Below are positions 12,721 through 25,979 of a stretch of 64,000 nucleotides of DNA, piece after piece. A program made the translations under genes and the position numbers. Every line of letters begins with the position of its first letter. The first letter of the stretch is position 1. Under the pieces are notes generated by a model, which saw only the letters and a program-made list of their open reading frames with translations, had not been told where the DNA came from and did no database searches. Source of the DNA: Narcine bancroftii (Eukaryota); assembly GCF_036971445.1 (NCBI RefSeq), contig NC_091470.1, forward strand, positions 63,488,001 to 63,552,000, given 5' to 3'.

Positions 12721-13690
12721 GTCAAGAGAATAATACACCAGTTTCTTCTTTGATCTCCAAAATCATTCAATCTCCCCAGATATCATTTTCAATTGGTGGA
12801 TTGAATTAATTTTATATCAATTTCCTATGACCCAGTGATCTTTATCCGTAGCTAAGAACAAATAATGGAATTTTGGATTTTATTTTAACATTTATTATAT
12901 GTATAATATAAATTTGGAATTCTGGCTCAGGGAGAATTTTTTTTAATTAATTAATCTGCAAGCTCCGGTTTAAAGTTTCAAAAGTTACATCTGTGCAAAA
13001 TAAATCCTGTTCAATGTATTGATGCATTGCACATCCAAATTAAATCCTTGATCAAAGCAAGTTTTAATCAGGTACCTGTGTAAAGACATCTGTGTTTGGC
13101 ATCCTTTTAGACAGTTGATATAAACAAGAACCTGTTCTTAAAATTGGTCAGAAGATCGTGTGCCTGGTTCACACAAATCTTCTGATAAATTTATTTCTAT
13201 TATACAATTTCTACTTATTTTTATGGACCCACAGCAGAAATAGCTTGACCAATGGGAAGCCACTAACTACACTAGTAAGATCTTTGTAAGACCATAACAT
13301 GAAGCCACAGGGAGCGGGAATGTTCCCCAAGGCAGCCTGGCTCCCAGCAAAGTGAGGGCTGTTTCTGGTAGCACAACCAGCTCACCTCTGTCATTACAAT
13401 GTAAGGTGCATTGTGAGCTTTCTGGTTCAGGCCCACACTGGAAATAAAGCATTAATTATGTATCTGACCATGATATATAGATAGGAACATTTTTGAAAGA
13501 TATGGACTACCCACAATGGGAATTTGGTCGATGTGATCTGTTCGTTGCTATGTTCTAAGGCTCCACAACTCAATGACAAGAACATACTTCTAATGCATTG
13601 AATGTTTACACATTGTACTGCCTATTAATAGCCATAATTAACAGGCAATACAATATATTGTGGGTTAATCTCTTCTTTCCACCTACAGGG

Positions 13691-13756
13691 ATTAAGGCCA
13701 TATATGGGCCACAGGGATAGTTGATTCTATTTTTGTGGCCCATATATGGCCTTAAT
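13691..13756. repeat. Perfect 23-bp inverted repeat with a CArG box in each arm
   Basis: attaaggccatatatgggccaca (13691-13713) and tgtggcccatatatggccttaat (13734-13756). Confidence 0.95.
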
Positions 13757-13945
13757 TAATTGCACAGTTTAATTTAATGAGAGAAAACAAAAAAATAGCT
13801 GCAGATGATGGAAAGCATGAATAAAACTGAAATATGCTAGAGAGAGTGAGGTGGTTGAGTGGCACCATGGAGGAAAACAGAATTAATGCTTTAGAATGGG
13901 AAAAATAGGGAACCCCTTTCCCAAATGCAACACCCACCTTGTCAC

Positions 13946-14270
13946 CAGAATCAGAATCAGTATTTATTATCATGAACATATCACTAAATTTGTTGTTTTG
14001 CTGCATCATTACATGGTGCGAATATTGCTAAAAATTACATATTTTTTAAAAATAAATAAATTATTGCCAAAAGTGAGGTGGTGACTATGGTTCACTCAGA
14101 TATCTGATGGCAGAGGGGAAGAAGCTTTTTTTTGTACCATTCGTTGCTTGTCTTCAGGCTCCTGTACCTCCCTCCTGAGGGCAGCAGTGTGAAGAGGGCA
14201 TTGCTTGGGTGGTGAAGGTCCATGAAGATAGATGCAGATTTCTTGAGACGCTGCCTCTTGTCATTCACAA
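13946..14270 (-). mobile_element. Rex1/Babar LINE 3' tail
   Basis: DLHHPSNALFTLLPSGGRYRSL C-terminal motif; (TCTGAT)n tail on the minus strand. Confidence 0.8.
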
Positions 14271-14624
14271 CTCCCTGTCCACTTTTCCTGTCTTGTGCAT
14301 TAGCAGCTCTATAACAGGCAATAATGTAACCATTAGTGAGTTTTACTGTTTCCATCATATGCAATGTTTCTGTTTTGACCATTGCATAAACATCTTTTAA
14401 TTGTAGTAATTTTATCTGCACAGTTAGTAACAGTGACTGGACAGCAACAAGTATATTCAAGTTCAAGTTAATTCCCATTTAACTGGATGAACCAGCATTT
14501 TTCTGGACCATGGTGCACACGCATACACACAGAATACACAGCACATAATATTCACATACACATAGCAAAATATTATACAAAATAAATATGTAAAAATATT
14601 CTGGAATAATTACCCCAGTAGACC

Positions 14625-16420
14625 CACTGTTCCCACGCGCTCCTGCCTGACGAAAATGGTACCCATTGACCTAGACCCCGTTTTGTCTCCCCCAACCCCC
14701 CAGTCCAGTCCCTTCCCACGTGCATCTGCGATACTTCACATGCCCTCCATCACTTCAAATAACTTCCAGTTCCCTGAACTCAACCACCTCATCTTTACCT
14801 TGGATATCCAATCACTATACATCTCCATCACCCATACTGAAGGTGCCAAGTCCTTTATTTCTTCTTCAACAACAGACCCATCAGTCTACCACCAGCCTCC
14901 TTCAGCTGGCATAACTTCTCCTTTGGCTCATCCCACTTTCTCCGTCAAAGAGGTAGCTATGGGTACCCACTTGGGCCATAGCTTTGCCTTCCTTTTTGTG
15001 GAGCAATCCATGCTAAAAGCCTACTCAGGGAAAGTTCCTCAACTCTTCCTCTGCTTCATTGACTATTTTTGTGCAGCCTCGTGCACCCAAGATGAGCTTG
15101 TCAACTTTATCCTGTCAATTTTTGTTGTCAACTCCCGACCTCAAATTCACTTGGTCCATCTCTATCAACACTCTCACCTTTCTCAATCTCTCTGTCTCCA
15201 TCTTGGGAGACAAATTCTCGACAGACATTTTCTATAAACTCGTCAACTCCCACAGCTACATTTACTACACCACTTCTCACTATGTTCCCTGTAAGGATTC
15301 TATTCATGTCCCAGGACAAGCCCTTCCATGCATAATCATCCAAGATGTCCTACTTCTTCAAAAAATTTGGCTTTTTATCTTGGCCCTCACCTGCATATCC
15401 TTCATTTCTTGCACATCTATCCTGCCCCCTCCAGCCCCACTCATAATAAGGACAGGATTCCACGCCACCAGCTTCTACATCCAACAAATCATCCTCTATC
15501 ATTTCCAGCAGCTACTAAATGATCCCACCTCTGGACACATCTTCCCTCTCCTCCCCTCTCCACCTTCCATGGGGACCACTTCCTCCATGACTTCCTTGTC
15601 CACTTCTCCCTTCCTACCAATTGTCACGTTGGGCCCCTACTCCAGTGACCACAGGAAATGCTACACTTGCACCCACACCACCTACTTCACCACCATTTGG
15701 GACCCAAATTTGGGAAGCAACTCTTCACTTGTTAATCTGCAGGGGGCATCTACTGCATCCAATCCGCTCGTTGTGGTCTCCTCTACATCAGAGAGACTGG
15801 ACACAGCCTGGGAGATGACTTTGTTGAGCACCTTTGCTCTGTCCATTGCAACAGTATGGATCTTCTAGTGGCAACCTATTTTAATTCCTGCCCTATTCCC
15901 AAGCCAAGATGTCTGACATGGTCTCATGCACTGGCAGACTGAGACCACCCACAAATTGGAGGAACAGCATTTCATATTCTGTCTGGTCACCCTCCAACCA
16001 GTTGGCATTAACATCTACTTCTCCAGTTTCCATTGGTTCTCCCCCCACACCCCCTGCTACCCTGCCCATCTCTTTCTTCCCATATCCCTATGTCTCCTTT
16101 CCTTTTACTCTGCATTCACAGAGCCATATCCTCCATGATCAATTCTCACCTTTCCTCTCCCATCCTCCTATCTACATCCAATTATGGATATTTGCCTGTT
16201 GGCCTATGTTCCTCCCCCTGCCATTTCTTCCCTCCTCCTCCTTTTTTTTAAATTCAGGTGCTTACCTGGTTTTTACATTATATCTTGATGAAGGACTCAG
16301 CCCCAAAATGTTGGTTATATATCTTTACCTCCTATGGATGTTGCGAGACCTGCTGAGTTCCTCCAGGATTTTCATCTTTTTAACCACAAACACAGAGTCT
16401 GCAGACTTTCACTCCCTTCT
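14625..16420 (+). mobile_element. Penelope-like element (RT, GIY-YIG, 3' tail), decayed
   Basis: FTLDIQSLY, VAMGT, degenerate FIDY (YIDD), HSYIYYTTSH, KCYTC, LYIRE; hammerhead-like tail at 16284-16315. Confidence 0.9.
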
Positions 16421-16795
16421 GGAATAATTTACTCAATTTCATTTAATAGGAGACTGAAGGTTACAGGATACTATTCATCAATCTCACAGCCTGAAGCTAT
16501 TTCCCAGCATGGCAGTTCTGATTTTAATGCTCTCGTGCCTCCTTCCTTATGTAAGTAGGTCAAATATCCTGCATGATGGATGGTAGGGATTCACAGTAAC
16601 TCTGTGGGCCCTATTTTGACAACGATCCCAGTGAATGGTAACAATGTATGCATTGGACAATATATCTATACATTAATATAATATATTTTGAGATGCTTCA
16701 TAGAAATATTATCAAGCATCTTTTTTTTTGCACAAGAAGATATTATTTCAGGTAATCAATTGCTTCCTCAATTATTTGGTTAAGTTGGTAGGAAT

Positions 16796-17086
16796 TGTGG
16801 TGCACTGTTAGCCAGAATCAGACACACACAAGGTAAAGACTGTACAACAGGTTTTAATCCACAAAGACTTCCACAGAGCCAGGCTGGCTGTGGCTGCAGC
16901 AACTCTGAGTGAGGCCTCGGGAGGCCGGTGCAGGCTTATATCCCAGAGGGTGATTGACACCCGAGCGGGTGGGGCTTGATACATTAAGGCCGACAGATTG
17001 GCAGCCAGCCAGGTGTTGTCCTGTCCCCTTACACTCCTGCAGGTACGGAGGTTGCCCCTGCAGTAGGCCGGTGGTGTACCACCACA
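16796..17086 (-). repeat. Solo LTR (291 bp)
   Basis: 7-bp terminal inverted repeat TGTGGTG...CACCACA; TSD ggaat/ggagt; ATTAAA on the minus strand. Confidence 0.85.
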
Positions 17087-18094
17087 GGAGTTAAGACAAA
17101 TTTTCTATACAGAAGGTGCAGAATTTTCAAGAGAGAATTGCAGGGTGAATGACTCCAGCAGCTGGATAATGGGAAGGAAGGGATGTCCTGGGGATCATGG
17201 GGAAGAAGGGAAGAGACATAAGAATTTAATATAAAATGATCATTTTAAGACTGGATAATGTTACCACTCTACGGGTCGACAGTCTTGTGAAGGGAAGCTC
17301 AGGGTAGAGTCAAATCCGACACCATTTTTATAAATCATGTTACAAATTTTCTAAGTGAAAAATCTCTACAAGATTGTAAGAGGACTCACTCTGCTTTTAG
17401 ATGCCTGATGTTCATGAGCACAACCTTTGGGGTGAAAGATAACACCATTCACATATTTTAGTTACTCCACTCAATAATTCTCAAGACTCCGTTCAACAAT
17501 TCCCAAGAATTTTAAATACTTCAGCCTTGATTTTTTTTTTACCTGTTGCAATGTTTATAAGTTCTTTGTAAAAAAAATTGATGAATAAATTAATTGTTAA
17601 ATGCAATTTGCTGTTAATGTTGTGTTTCTCATAAATGCACTGAATAAATAATTTATACAAGAAAGTGTCAGAATATGTGTAGTGGAAATGTCATGTGCCA
17701 CACACATTGTAATGACACGTAAAATATACTTGTGTCTGTGTGCCAGACTGTTTTCGGGCAACTGTGGTCTGGCGTATCAGTTCTACTAAAATAATGGTAC
17801 AGTATATCTGGTAGTTGAAACTGTTTGAGCTCATTTTCCATTCAAGACCTGTTCCATGCTTTGGCTCCCATGTGCAAGCGTACATTATGCTGATCCCAGG
17901 TGAAGCACCCATGCACCACTTGCAGTGGACAGCTGATAAAATATAACTCCTGAGGCAAGGGCCAATCTTGCAAGTCTCAACTCAGTTGGACAAGGCAAGG
18001 GCAGTATATACACCACATACATATTAGGACAACTGAGTGATAATTAGTTTGTCCAAATTTACATAAAGCATTTTAGTTAAATTTGATTAAAATG

Positions 18095-18330
18095 ATTTGG
18101 AATATTGGGTTCTGTTCTGCTTCCATAATTACAGGAAAGTTGTTGAAACTATGGAGATGGTATAGAAGAGATTTACCATGATGTGGCCTGGAATGGAAAA
18201 TTTGTCTTAGTGTCTTATAAGGCAAGGTTTAAAGAATGAGGACATTTCTCTTTGGAGCAAAGAAGGGTGAGAGATGATTTAACTGAGGTCCACAGGATTA
18301 GAAGGGACATAGATAGAGTGGACAGCCAGC
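18095..18330 (+). mobile_element. CR1 3' ORF2 fragment
   Basis: Homologous to 57310-57510; truncated at gacagccagc where RTE copy B begins. Confidence 0.75.
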
Positions 18331-18940
18331 AGAGATTTCTTTAAGCAGTCCTTGTACCTCTTCTTTGGTGCACCTCTGTCTCGGTGGCCAGTGGAGAGCT
18401 CGCCATAGAACACGATCTTGGGGAAGCGATTGTCCTCCATTCTGGAGACATGACCCACCCAGCGCAGTTGGGTCTTCAGCAGTGTGGATTCGATGCTTGC
18501 GGACTCTGCCAGCTCGAGTACTTCGATGTTGGTGATGAAGTCATTCCAATGAATGTTGAGGATGGAGCAGAGACAGTGCTGATGGAAGCATTCTAGGAGC
18601 CGTAGGTGATGCCAGTAGAGGACCCATGATTCAGAGCCGAACAGGAGCATGGGTATGACAACAGCTCTGTACACACTTATCTTTGTGTGTTTCTTCAGGT
18701 GGTTGTTTTTCCAGACTCTTTTGTGTAGTCGTCCAAAGGCGCTATTTGCCTTGGCGAGTCTGTTGTCTATCTTTTTGTCAATCCTTGCATCAGATGAAAT
18801 GGTGCAGCTGAGGTAGGTAAACTGGTTGACCGTTCTGAGTTCTGTGTGCCCGATGGAGATGTGGGGGGGCTGGTGATCATGGTAGGGAGCTGGTTGATGG
18901 AGGACCTCAGTTTTCTTCAGGCTGACTTCCAGGCCAAACA
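18331..18940 (-). mobile_element. RTE LINE copy B, truncated at both ends
   Basis: Open FGLEVSLKKTEVL...YKDCLKKS, homologous to copy D. Confidence 0.95.
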
Positions 18941-20545
18941 AGAGCAAAAGGAGAGTAAGGGACAAAATTGGTCTTCTTGAAGATCAGAGTGGTTGGCTTT
19001 GTATAGAACCACAAGAAATGGGCGAGATCCTAAATGGATTTTATTTTTCATCATTGTTCACTCAGGAAATGGGTAGAGTTGTGGGAAGTGAGGAAAACAG
19101 GCAATGAGGTCATGGAGCCTATGCAGATAAAGAGGAGTAGGTACTTGATAGAATAAGGGTGGATAAATCCCCATAGCCTGACAAGATATTCGCTTGGACA
19201 TAGGATTGGAAGGTAGGTCACATTCCATTGTTTATAAAAGACTCCAAAAGTAACCCTTGAAATTTATAGGCTGGTGACCCTGACATCAGTAGTAGATAAA
19301 TTATTGGAAGGTGTTCTAAATTCCTGGATAACCAAGGACTGATTGAGGATAGTCAACATGGCTTTGTCCAATCATTTAATCAATCTTATAGAGTTTTCCA
19401 AAGAGGATACCACAAAAGTTGACAAAGCAAATGCTGTGGAAGTTGTAGACAATGACTTGAGTAAAGCTTTTGACAAGGTGCCACATTGAGAGATCAGTCA
19501 GGAAGGTTTAAATATTTGATATTCATGGTGAATTAGAGAGTGGTGGTGGATGATTGCTTCTTAGACTGGAGGCCTGTGCCTCAGGGATTAGTGCTGGGAC
19601 CATTGTTGTTTGTCATCTATATCAATGATCTGGATGATATTGTAGTAAATTGGATCAGTGCTTGCAGATGACACAAAGATTGGAGGTGTTATGGAGAGTG
19701 AAGAAGGTTTACAAAGCTTGCTGAGGGATCTGGACCAGCTGGGAAAATGGGCTGAAAAATAGGAGATAGAATTTAATGCAGAGAAGTGTGAAGTGTTGCA
19801 CTTTGGAAGGACGAACCAAGAAAGGACATACACAGTAAATGGTAGGGCACTGAGGAATGTGGTAGAACAGAGAGATTTGGGAATACAGATACATAATTCT
19901 CTGAAAGTGGTGTCACAGGTGGATAGATTTGTAAAATAGCTTTTGGCATATTGGCCTTCATAAATCAAAGTATTGAGTATAGGAGTTGAGATGTTATGGT
20001 AAAGTTGTATAAGACATTGTTGAGGCTAAATTTGGAGTGCTGTGTGAAGTTTTGGTCACCAAACTACATGAAAAATATCAATAAGATAGAAAGTTTGCAG
20101 AGAAGATTTCCTAGAATATTGCCCAGACTTCAGGAACTGAGTTACAGGGAAAGGTTAAAGAGTTTAGGACTTTATTCCCTGGAATGTAGAAGTATTTAAA
20201 ATTATGAGGGGTTTAGACAAAGAAAATGTAGGTAGGCTTTTTCCACTGAGGGTAGGTGAGATACCAACCAGAGGACGTGGGTTAAGGGTGAACGGGGAAA
20301 TATTTAGGGGGAACATGAGGGAGAACATTTTCACTCAGAGAGTGGTAGTCGTGTGGAACTGCAGCTGAAGTGGGCTCAATTAAAACATTTAAGAAGAATT
20401 TTGACAGGTATGTGGATGGGAGAGGTATGGAGGGCTATGGACTGGGTGCAGGTCAGTCAGACTAGGCAAAAAAATGCTTCTGCACAATCTAGAATGGCCG
20501 AAGGGCCCTGTTTCTGTGTTGCAATATTCTATGTTTCTATGGTTC
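18941..20545 (+). mobile_element. CR1 LINE, RT region to 3' end
   Basis: DKSP.PD, QHGF, KAFDKVPH, PQGLVLGPLLFVIYINDL, ADDTK; (TTCTATG)n-like tail. Confidence 0.92.
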
Positions 20546-20549
20546 CACA

Positions 20550-21465
20550 TTATGTGCTGAGCCACACAGTCATGGGTATAGAATGAGCAGAGCAGAGGGC
20601 TAAGCACGCATCCTTGAGGTGCACCCATGTGGATCATCAGTGAGGAGGAGACATTGTTTATAATTTATACTGACTGGTATTGTGTTGCTGAGGTTAAGGA
20701 TCCAGTTGCAGAAGGGATTCCAGAAGCCCAGGGTCTGAGCTTATTGGTCAGAACTGAGGGAATGATAGTATTGAAGGCTGAGCTGTAGTCGATGAAGAGC
20801 AGCTGCATGTATGAGTTGCAGTTTTCTACATGATCCAGAGCTGATTGAAGAGCCAGTTATATTGCATTTGCTGTGGAGTGATTGCGTTGGATGGCAAATT
20901 CCAGTGGGTCTAGATCTTTACTTAGGTTTGTGTTAATTCTGGCCACAACCAAACCCTCAAAGCATTTCAGGACAGTAGAAGTGAGTGCTACTGGGTGATA
21001 GTCATTGAGGCAGCACACCCTACTCTACTTGGGCACCGGGATGATTGATGCCTTTTGGAAGCAGGTGAGGACTTCTGACTGCAGCAATGAGAGATTGAAA
21101 ATATCAATGAACACTCCGGCTAGTTGGTTGGCACAGATTTTCAGGACATTGCCAGGAATGTCATCAGGGCCTGACGTCTTCCAAGGGTTCACCCACTTAA
21201 TGGTGTTCTGACCTTGGCCTCGGAGACAGATATCACTGAGTCGTCAGCCTGTGCAGGGATTCTCATAGGCACCATTGAGTTCTCCTTCTCAAAGAGAGCA
21301 TAAAAGGTGTTCAGCTCATCAGGTAGTGAAGCATCACACACATTCATGGTGTTTGGCCTTGCTTTTTAGGATGTAATGGCCTACAATCCCTGACATAGCT
21401 GCCGATTATCTGTCTCTGTCTCTAGCTTCTCTCAGAATTGTCTCTTTGTTGCTGAGATTGCATTT
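20550..21465 (-). mobile_element. Rex1/Babar LINE RT fragment
   Basis: GAPQGCVLSPLLCSFYTHDCVA; LFIDYSSAFNTI; PVALTSTVLKCFE. Confidence 0.88.
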
Positions 21466-21744
21466 ACCTTATATTGATAATGGATGTCAAAGTGTTTGAG
21501 GTAGTGATGAATAGAATTTACTGAGTAATGTTAGCATTGAGGAACTAGAGGAGATGACCCTTTCATCTCCTCACAATGAAGAAGTTGAAGGGATTATTTA
21601 ATATGGGTGCTCAAAATCACTATATTTTGATGGAATCAATGGAGAAAAACTCTTAACTTACAAGGGAGCCAGTCTTCAGAATAAAGATGTCATGGGGAAA
21701 TGAAAATACTCTTCAGAAAATATCCATGATTTGAAATATACTGT

Positions 21745-22705
21745 CTGCAAAGATGATATATTTAGATACGATAAACAAGTTAGAAAATATGTTCCAAAGT
21801 GAGGGCCCAAAGCCTGGCTTACACATGTCAAGGGAGAGATGGGAGTTGGACTTGGGCACAACAATCAATGAAGAGTGGTGGCAAGACCTGTGTCTGGACA
21901 GCATGACTGGAGTCATCAACACCAGATACAGGTTGGTACAAAACAATTTCACACCTCATAAATGACATAAATCAAAGCCAGAAATTTCAGCAATGTGCTT
22001 TAGGTGTGGTGTGGAGGATGGAACTTTTGCCCACTCAACCTGGCTATGTGCAAAGGTAACATCTTTCTGGGAAGACCTGGGGGGCATTCTACATTCTAAA
22101 AAAAAATTACAAAAGTGAATTTTCCATAGATTCCAGGTATACCCTCTGTGAGATGTGAATTTTTGATTATCGAAATACCAAATTTTATTCATCTTGGCAG
22201 TAGCCAGGGATTGTATAGCAGTTTTGTGGAAGTCCGACTCCCAACTAAATACCACACGATGGAATGTGTAAATGCAGAGTTGCATTCCCCTGGAGAAAAT
22301 CACATACAATCTAAGGAAGAAAGATGACACATTCATTAAGGTGTAGCAACTTTACTTGAAATATATTGGCACCCAGATTGATTAGTGCCCCCTCCTTCAA
22401 TAAAGGGGTATTCTAGCAATCCGCCCCAGAAGGGAAATGAAAGTGATCAACGAAGTGGGACATGGCGCAGGCAATGTATTTTTTTTCAGTTTTGTTTTGA
22501 ATTTCTATACTTTCTTTTTAATTTAATTTAATTGTATCAATGTAATTTAATTGACGATTTTCAGTTGTAAGAAGGTGGGGGAGTGGGGAGATGGGAGGGG
22601 GGATAAATACAGACTCTGTATCTTACATTAATGTTTAAAAAAATGATTAAGTTGTTCGTTAGAATTTTACGATTCTATAAAAGTAAAATTAAATATTTTT
22701 TGAAA
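21745..22705 (+). mobile_element. L1-clade LINE 3' fragment
   Basis: WELDL..INEEWW, CFRCGVEDGTFAHSTWLC (CCHC), CIPLEKITY; T-rich then G-rich 3' UTR. Confidence 0.85.
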
Positions 22706-22743
22706 AATAGTTCAAAAGGTGACCAAAATAGATGGCACAGTTG

Positions 22744-22995
22744 GGTGGCATGGTTGGCGTAGTGGTTCGTGCAATGCCTTTACAGTGCCAGCAATCGGGA
22801 CCAGGGTTCGAATCCCACCCTGCCCGTAAGGAGTTTGTATGTTCTCCCCGCGTCTGCGTGAGTTTTCCCCCCGAGTGCTCCTTTTTCCTCCCACCACTTG
22901 AAACATACCTGGGTGTAGGTTAAGTGGGTGTAATTGAGAGGTATGAATTCATGGGCCCAAATGGCCCATTGCCATGCTCACTTAAACATTTAGAA
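22744..22995 (+). mobile_element. tRNA-derived V-SINE (HE1-like)
   Basis: A box TGGCGTAGTGG, B box GGTTCGAATCC, V-domain ggagtttgtatgttctccccgcgtctgcgtg. Confidence 0.88.
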
Positions 22996-23632
22996 CTGGG
23001 GAGAAGGATAAATAGGAGATCATTGGAAATGATAGGCTGCACAATTTTGAATTCAAAGAAGGCTTAGGAACTGAGTTCATCAACTGGAGCTGATAAGTAG
23101 AAAATAAAATGAGAATTATACCAGTAAGGTGCAGACAAAGATAATGGAATATTACTCAGACTGAGAATGGCATGCCCAGTATTATCACGTAATTTTTGAA
23201 TTGCAAGCTCTGTTTAAAATAATTTGCTTTTTTTAAGGACCTGCAGGATGAAATTACAAACCACGTTTCCTTTTGTTAAGGTTCTATATTTATGATCTTT
23301 ATGAAAACCCTGCTTGCCACTGTTATAATCTAATTACATATATTTTGATGTAGTTAATGTTATTAGTTTTCACTGTGAATAAAATTATAGTGTGTAAAGA
23401 TATCTCTGTGCTTGCACAGTGCTTTGTATTACTCAACAGTTACCAGAATTTTATTAATTATTAATATGCTTGCTACTTAAAATATGTAATTCAGAAGAAT
23501 AAAACTGACTTTATTTTTAGCCTCCAATTTAGATTACTTTAATGATTTAATAGCAAATGTTACCATCCATAGAGTGCACCATGACTTGATGTAGATGAAC
23601 TCTATCCTTTTCTCCTGAGGAACAAGATAAAA

Positions 23633-24001
23633 CAGTGGTTCTCAACCTTTTTCTTTCCACTCACATGCCACTTTAAGTCATCCCTATGCCATCGGCGTTC
23701 TGTGATTAGTAAGGGATTGCTTAAGATGGTATGTGAGTGGGAAGGGAAGGTTGAGAATCACTGCTTCCATCGATAGTTACAGAAATATTTTGCTGGAGAA
23801 AAATTGTCATTGGTCCATTTCTTTTGGAGTTTTGAAACAGTGCACATAACGAGTCAATTAGGTATGATTTAAACGGTGGTTTTCAAATTTTTTCTTTCCA
23901 CCCACATACGACCTTAGCAACCCCTTACTAATCAAAGAGCACCTATGGCATAGGGATGACTTAAAGTGATATGTGAGTGGAAAGAAAGTTGAGAACCACT
24001 G
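23633..24001. mobile_element. hAT (Charlie-like) MITE, composite palindrome
   Basis: TIR CAGTGGTTCTCAAC at both ends; degenerate 8-bp TSD agataaaa/gtgtaaaa. Confidence 0.88.
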
Positions 24002-24175
24002 GTGTAAAATGAATGACCTCCCACCAACAAGTTAATGCAAGGGACAGAAATAGTTATCCAATCATCTTCCTTCATGGAAAATGAGAGGAGTTCTTCAGCT
24101 GCTCTTTATGCACCTCAAGGAGGAAAGTGCAGAAAGAGAGGAGTGTAAAAGTAGTTAAGGAGGAAAATGTGAATG

Positions 24176-24329
24176 NNNNNNNNNNNNNNNNNNNNNNNNN
24201 NNNNNNNNNNNNNNNNNNNNNNNNNNNNNNNNNNNNNNNNNNNNNNNNNNNNNNNNNNNNNNNNNNNNNNNNNNNNNNNNNNNNNNNNNNNNNNNNNNNN
24301 NNNNNNNNNNNNNNNNNNNNNNNNNNNNN
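24176..24329. other. N run
   Basis: 154 N. Confidence 1.
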
Positions 24330-24612
24330 CATGTCTTCAGAGAAACACTGTTGCTGTGAAGGGCAGAGGGACTAAATTCAGACATTGCTCCAAAATTAGC
24401 ACAACAGCCTTTTTCTGCTGACCTTTACATGGGTTTTGTTGGTGATACTGATTCTAATATTAGTAAACTGCTCATCTTTATTGCTTGCTGAGTGCTGAGA
24501 AGGGATGATCCATTAATTTCTTGCAACAGCTGTTAAGACTATTTACAGGTTGTGGTTGAGGGGTTGAGGTTTGATAGGTGAACATGAGTGTCATGTGCTG
24601 GCAGGAGAGTTG

Positions 24613-24655
24613 GGGTTAGGGTTAGGGTTAGGGTTAGGGTTAGGGTTAAGGTTAG
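24613..24655 (+). repeat. Short interstitial telomeric repeat
   Basis: Five perfect TTAGGG (24616-24645) followed by TTAAGG TTAG. Confidence 0.92.
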
Positions 24656-25979
24656 TGAAGAGAGATTTTGAGATTTGGATGAGAATTTCAAGCATCCAGT
24701 TTTTTTTCACTAATTGGGGTTTTCGTGAAAACAAGCTCCAGTTCTTTAATATTCTTCTGTTGAAAAGAGACCAAAGTTCTTCAGCTGATTGAGATACTAA
24801 TGATCACTGATAAACCCAACTGAAGAGGAAACTGCAAAGAAGTTTCCATATACCTGATAGTGGAAAATTAATCCGTTAAGGACCATATATCCAATGATAT
24901 TAGCTGAATGTATTTTTTGGTGGTTGAGCCACCTGACATCAGACTCCCAAAAGTAAAATACCATTCCATACTCTGTTACATCAATATATTACCAGGAGAT
25001 TATTTTAATGATATTCTGAAAGCCTTTTTGATAAATATAGAAGATCTTCATCAACTCATAGGAGTCCCTACCTCAAGGTGGAAACAAGAGTTTCTGGGAC
25101 CCTCTCTACAATGGGGATATGTGGAGGCCATGCACAAAACATCCTGAACCCCACTTTCATCCTGGTCCATGATGCACCAACATCCTCACATGTGGCAGAG
25201 TGTGGAGATCCAGTACAGCACTCACTGTTCACAACTAGAGTGGAACAAAACCCCCCAAAACCTGTGGAATTTCATAAATTGTACTATTTCATTAGGTGTA
25301 AACATCTGTAGCCAGGGACAGGAATATTTAGGTTGGTTTTGACATTAATTAATTGACAGTTGGTTTTGTTTGCCTTCTTTTCCTTTAACTTCATTGTAAA
25401 ATGTGTTGCTGGAACATTCTTGCTGAAATCAGTTTCAATACATACAGAAAATAGTTGCTGTTTGTTAGGATAAAATAAATTTTAATGCTGGATCACAAAT
25501 ATGAATCTGTAATTTCTTTGAAGATTGGGTCATATGACCAATTGTTCTCAAGCCTTCAACAATGTATATACAAAGATCCTAATAAGTTCTGTCAAGATCC
25601 CTGCACAGGCTTTATTTCAAGTCCTTCTGGATCACATGCCTGAACACATGCCTGTATGCATCACAGTCGACTTGTTCGAGGTTAAGTACTTGCTGAGCAT
25701 ACATCTTACTAAGAGGTAATGTTATTACAGGAATTTTCTTACACTGGTAAAACTATCAAGAGTCTCCAGTGAAATGAGAAAGGATGAGCCATTAATTTTT
25801 GTTGGAAATGAAAAGTCTCCCACATCACTTTAAATTAGGCAGTGTAGCTGAGATTGATTGAATCTTGAAATACAAATGTAAGAAATCCTATTACCTTTGT
25901 GGTTAATAATGGCTCTTATTTTAAGATGCTGTGATGTTTGACATAGGACAGAATATCTACATTAAAACTGCCTTGCAGA

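Noticed and set aside
22744-22830. tRNA gene
   Set aside because: The A and B boxes run into a V-SINE body; no convincing cloverleaf.
24571-24792. ORF with LGLGLG repeat
   Set aside because: Simply the translation of (TTAGGG)n.
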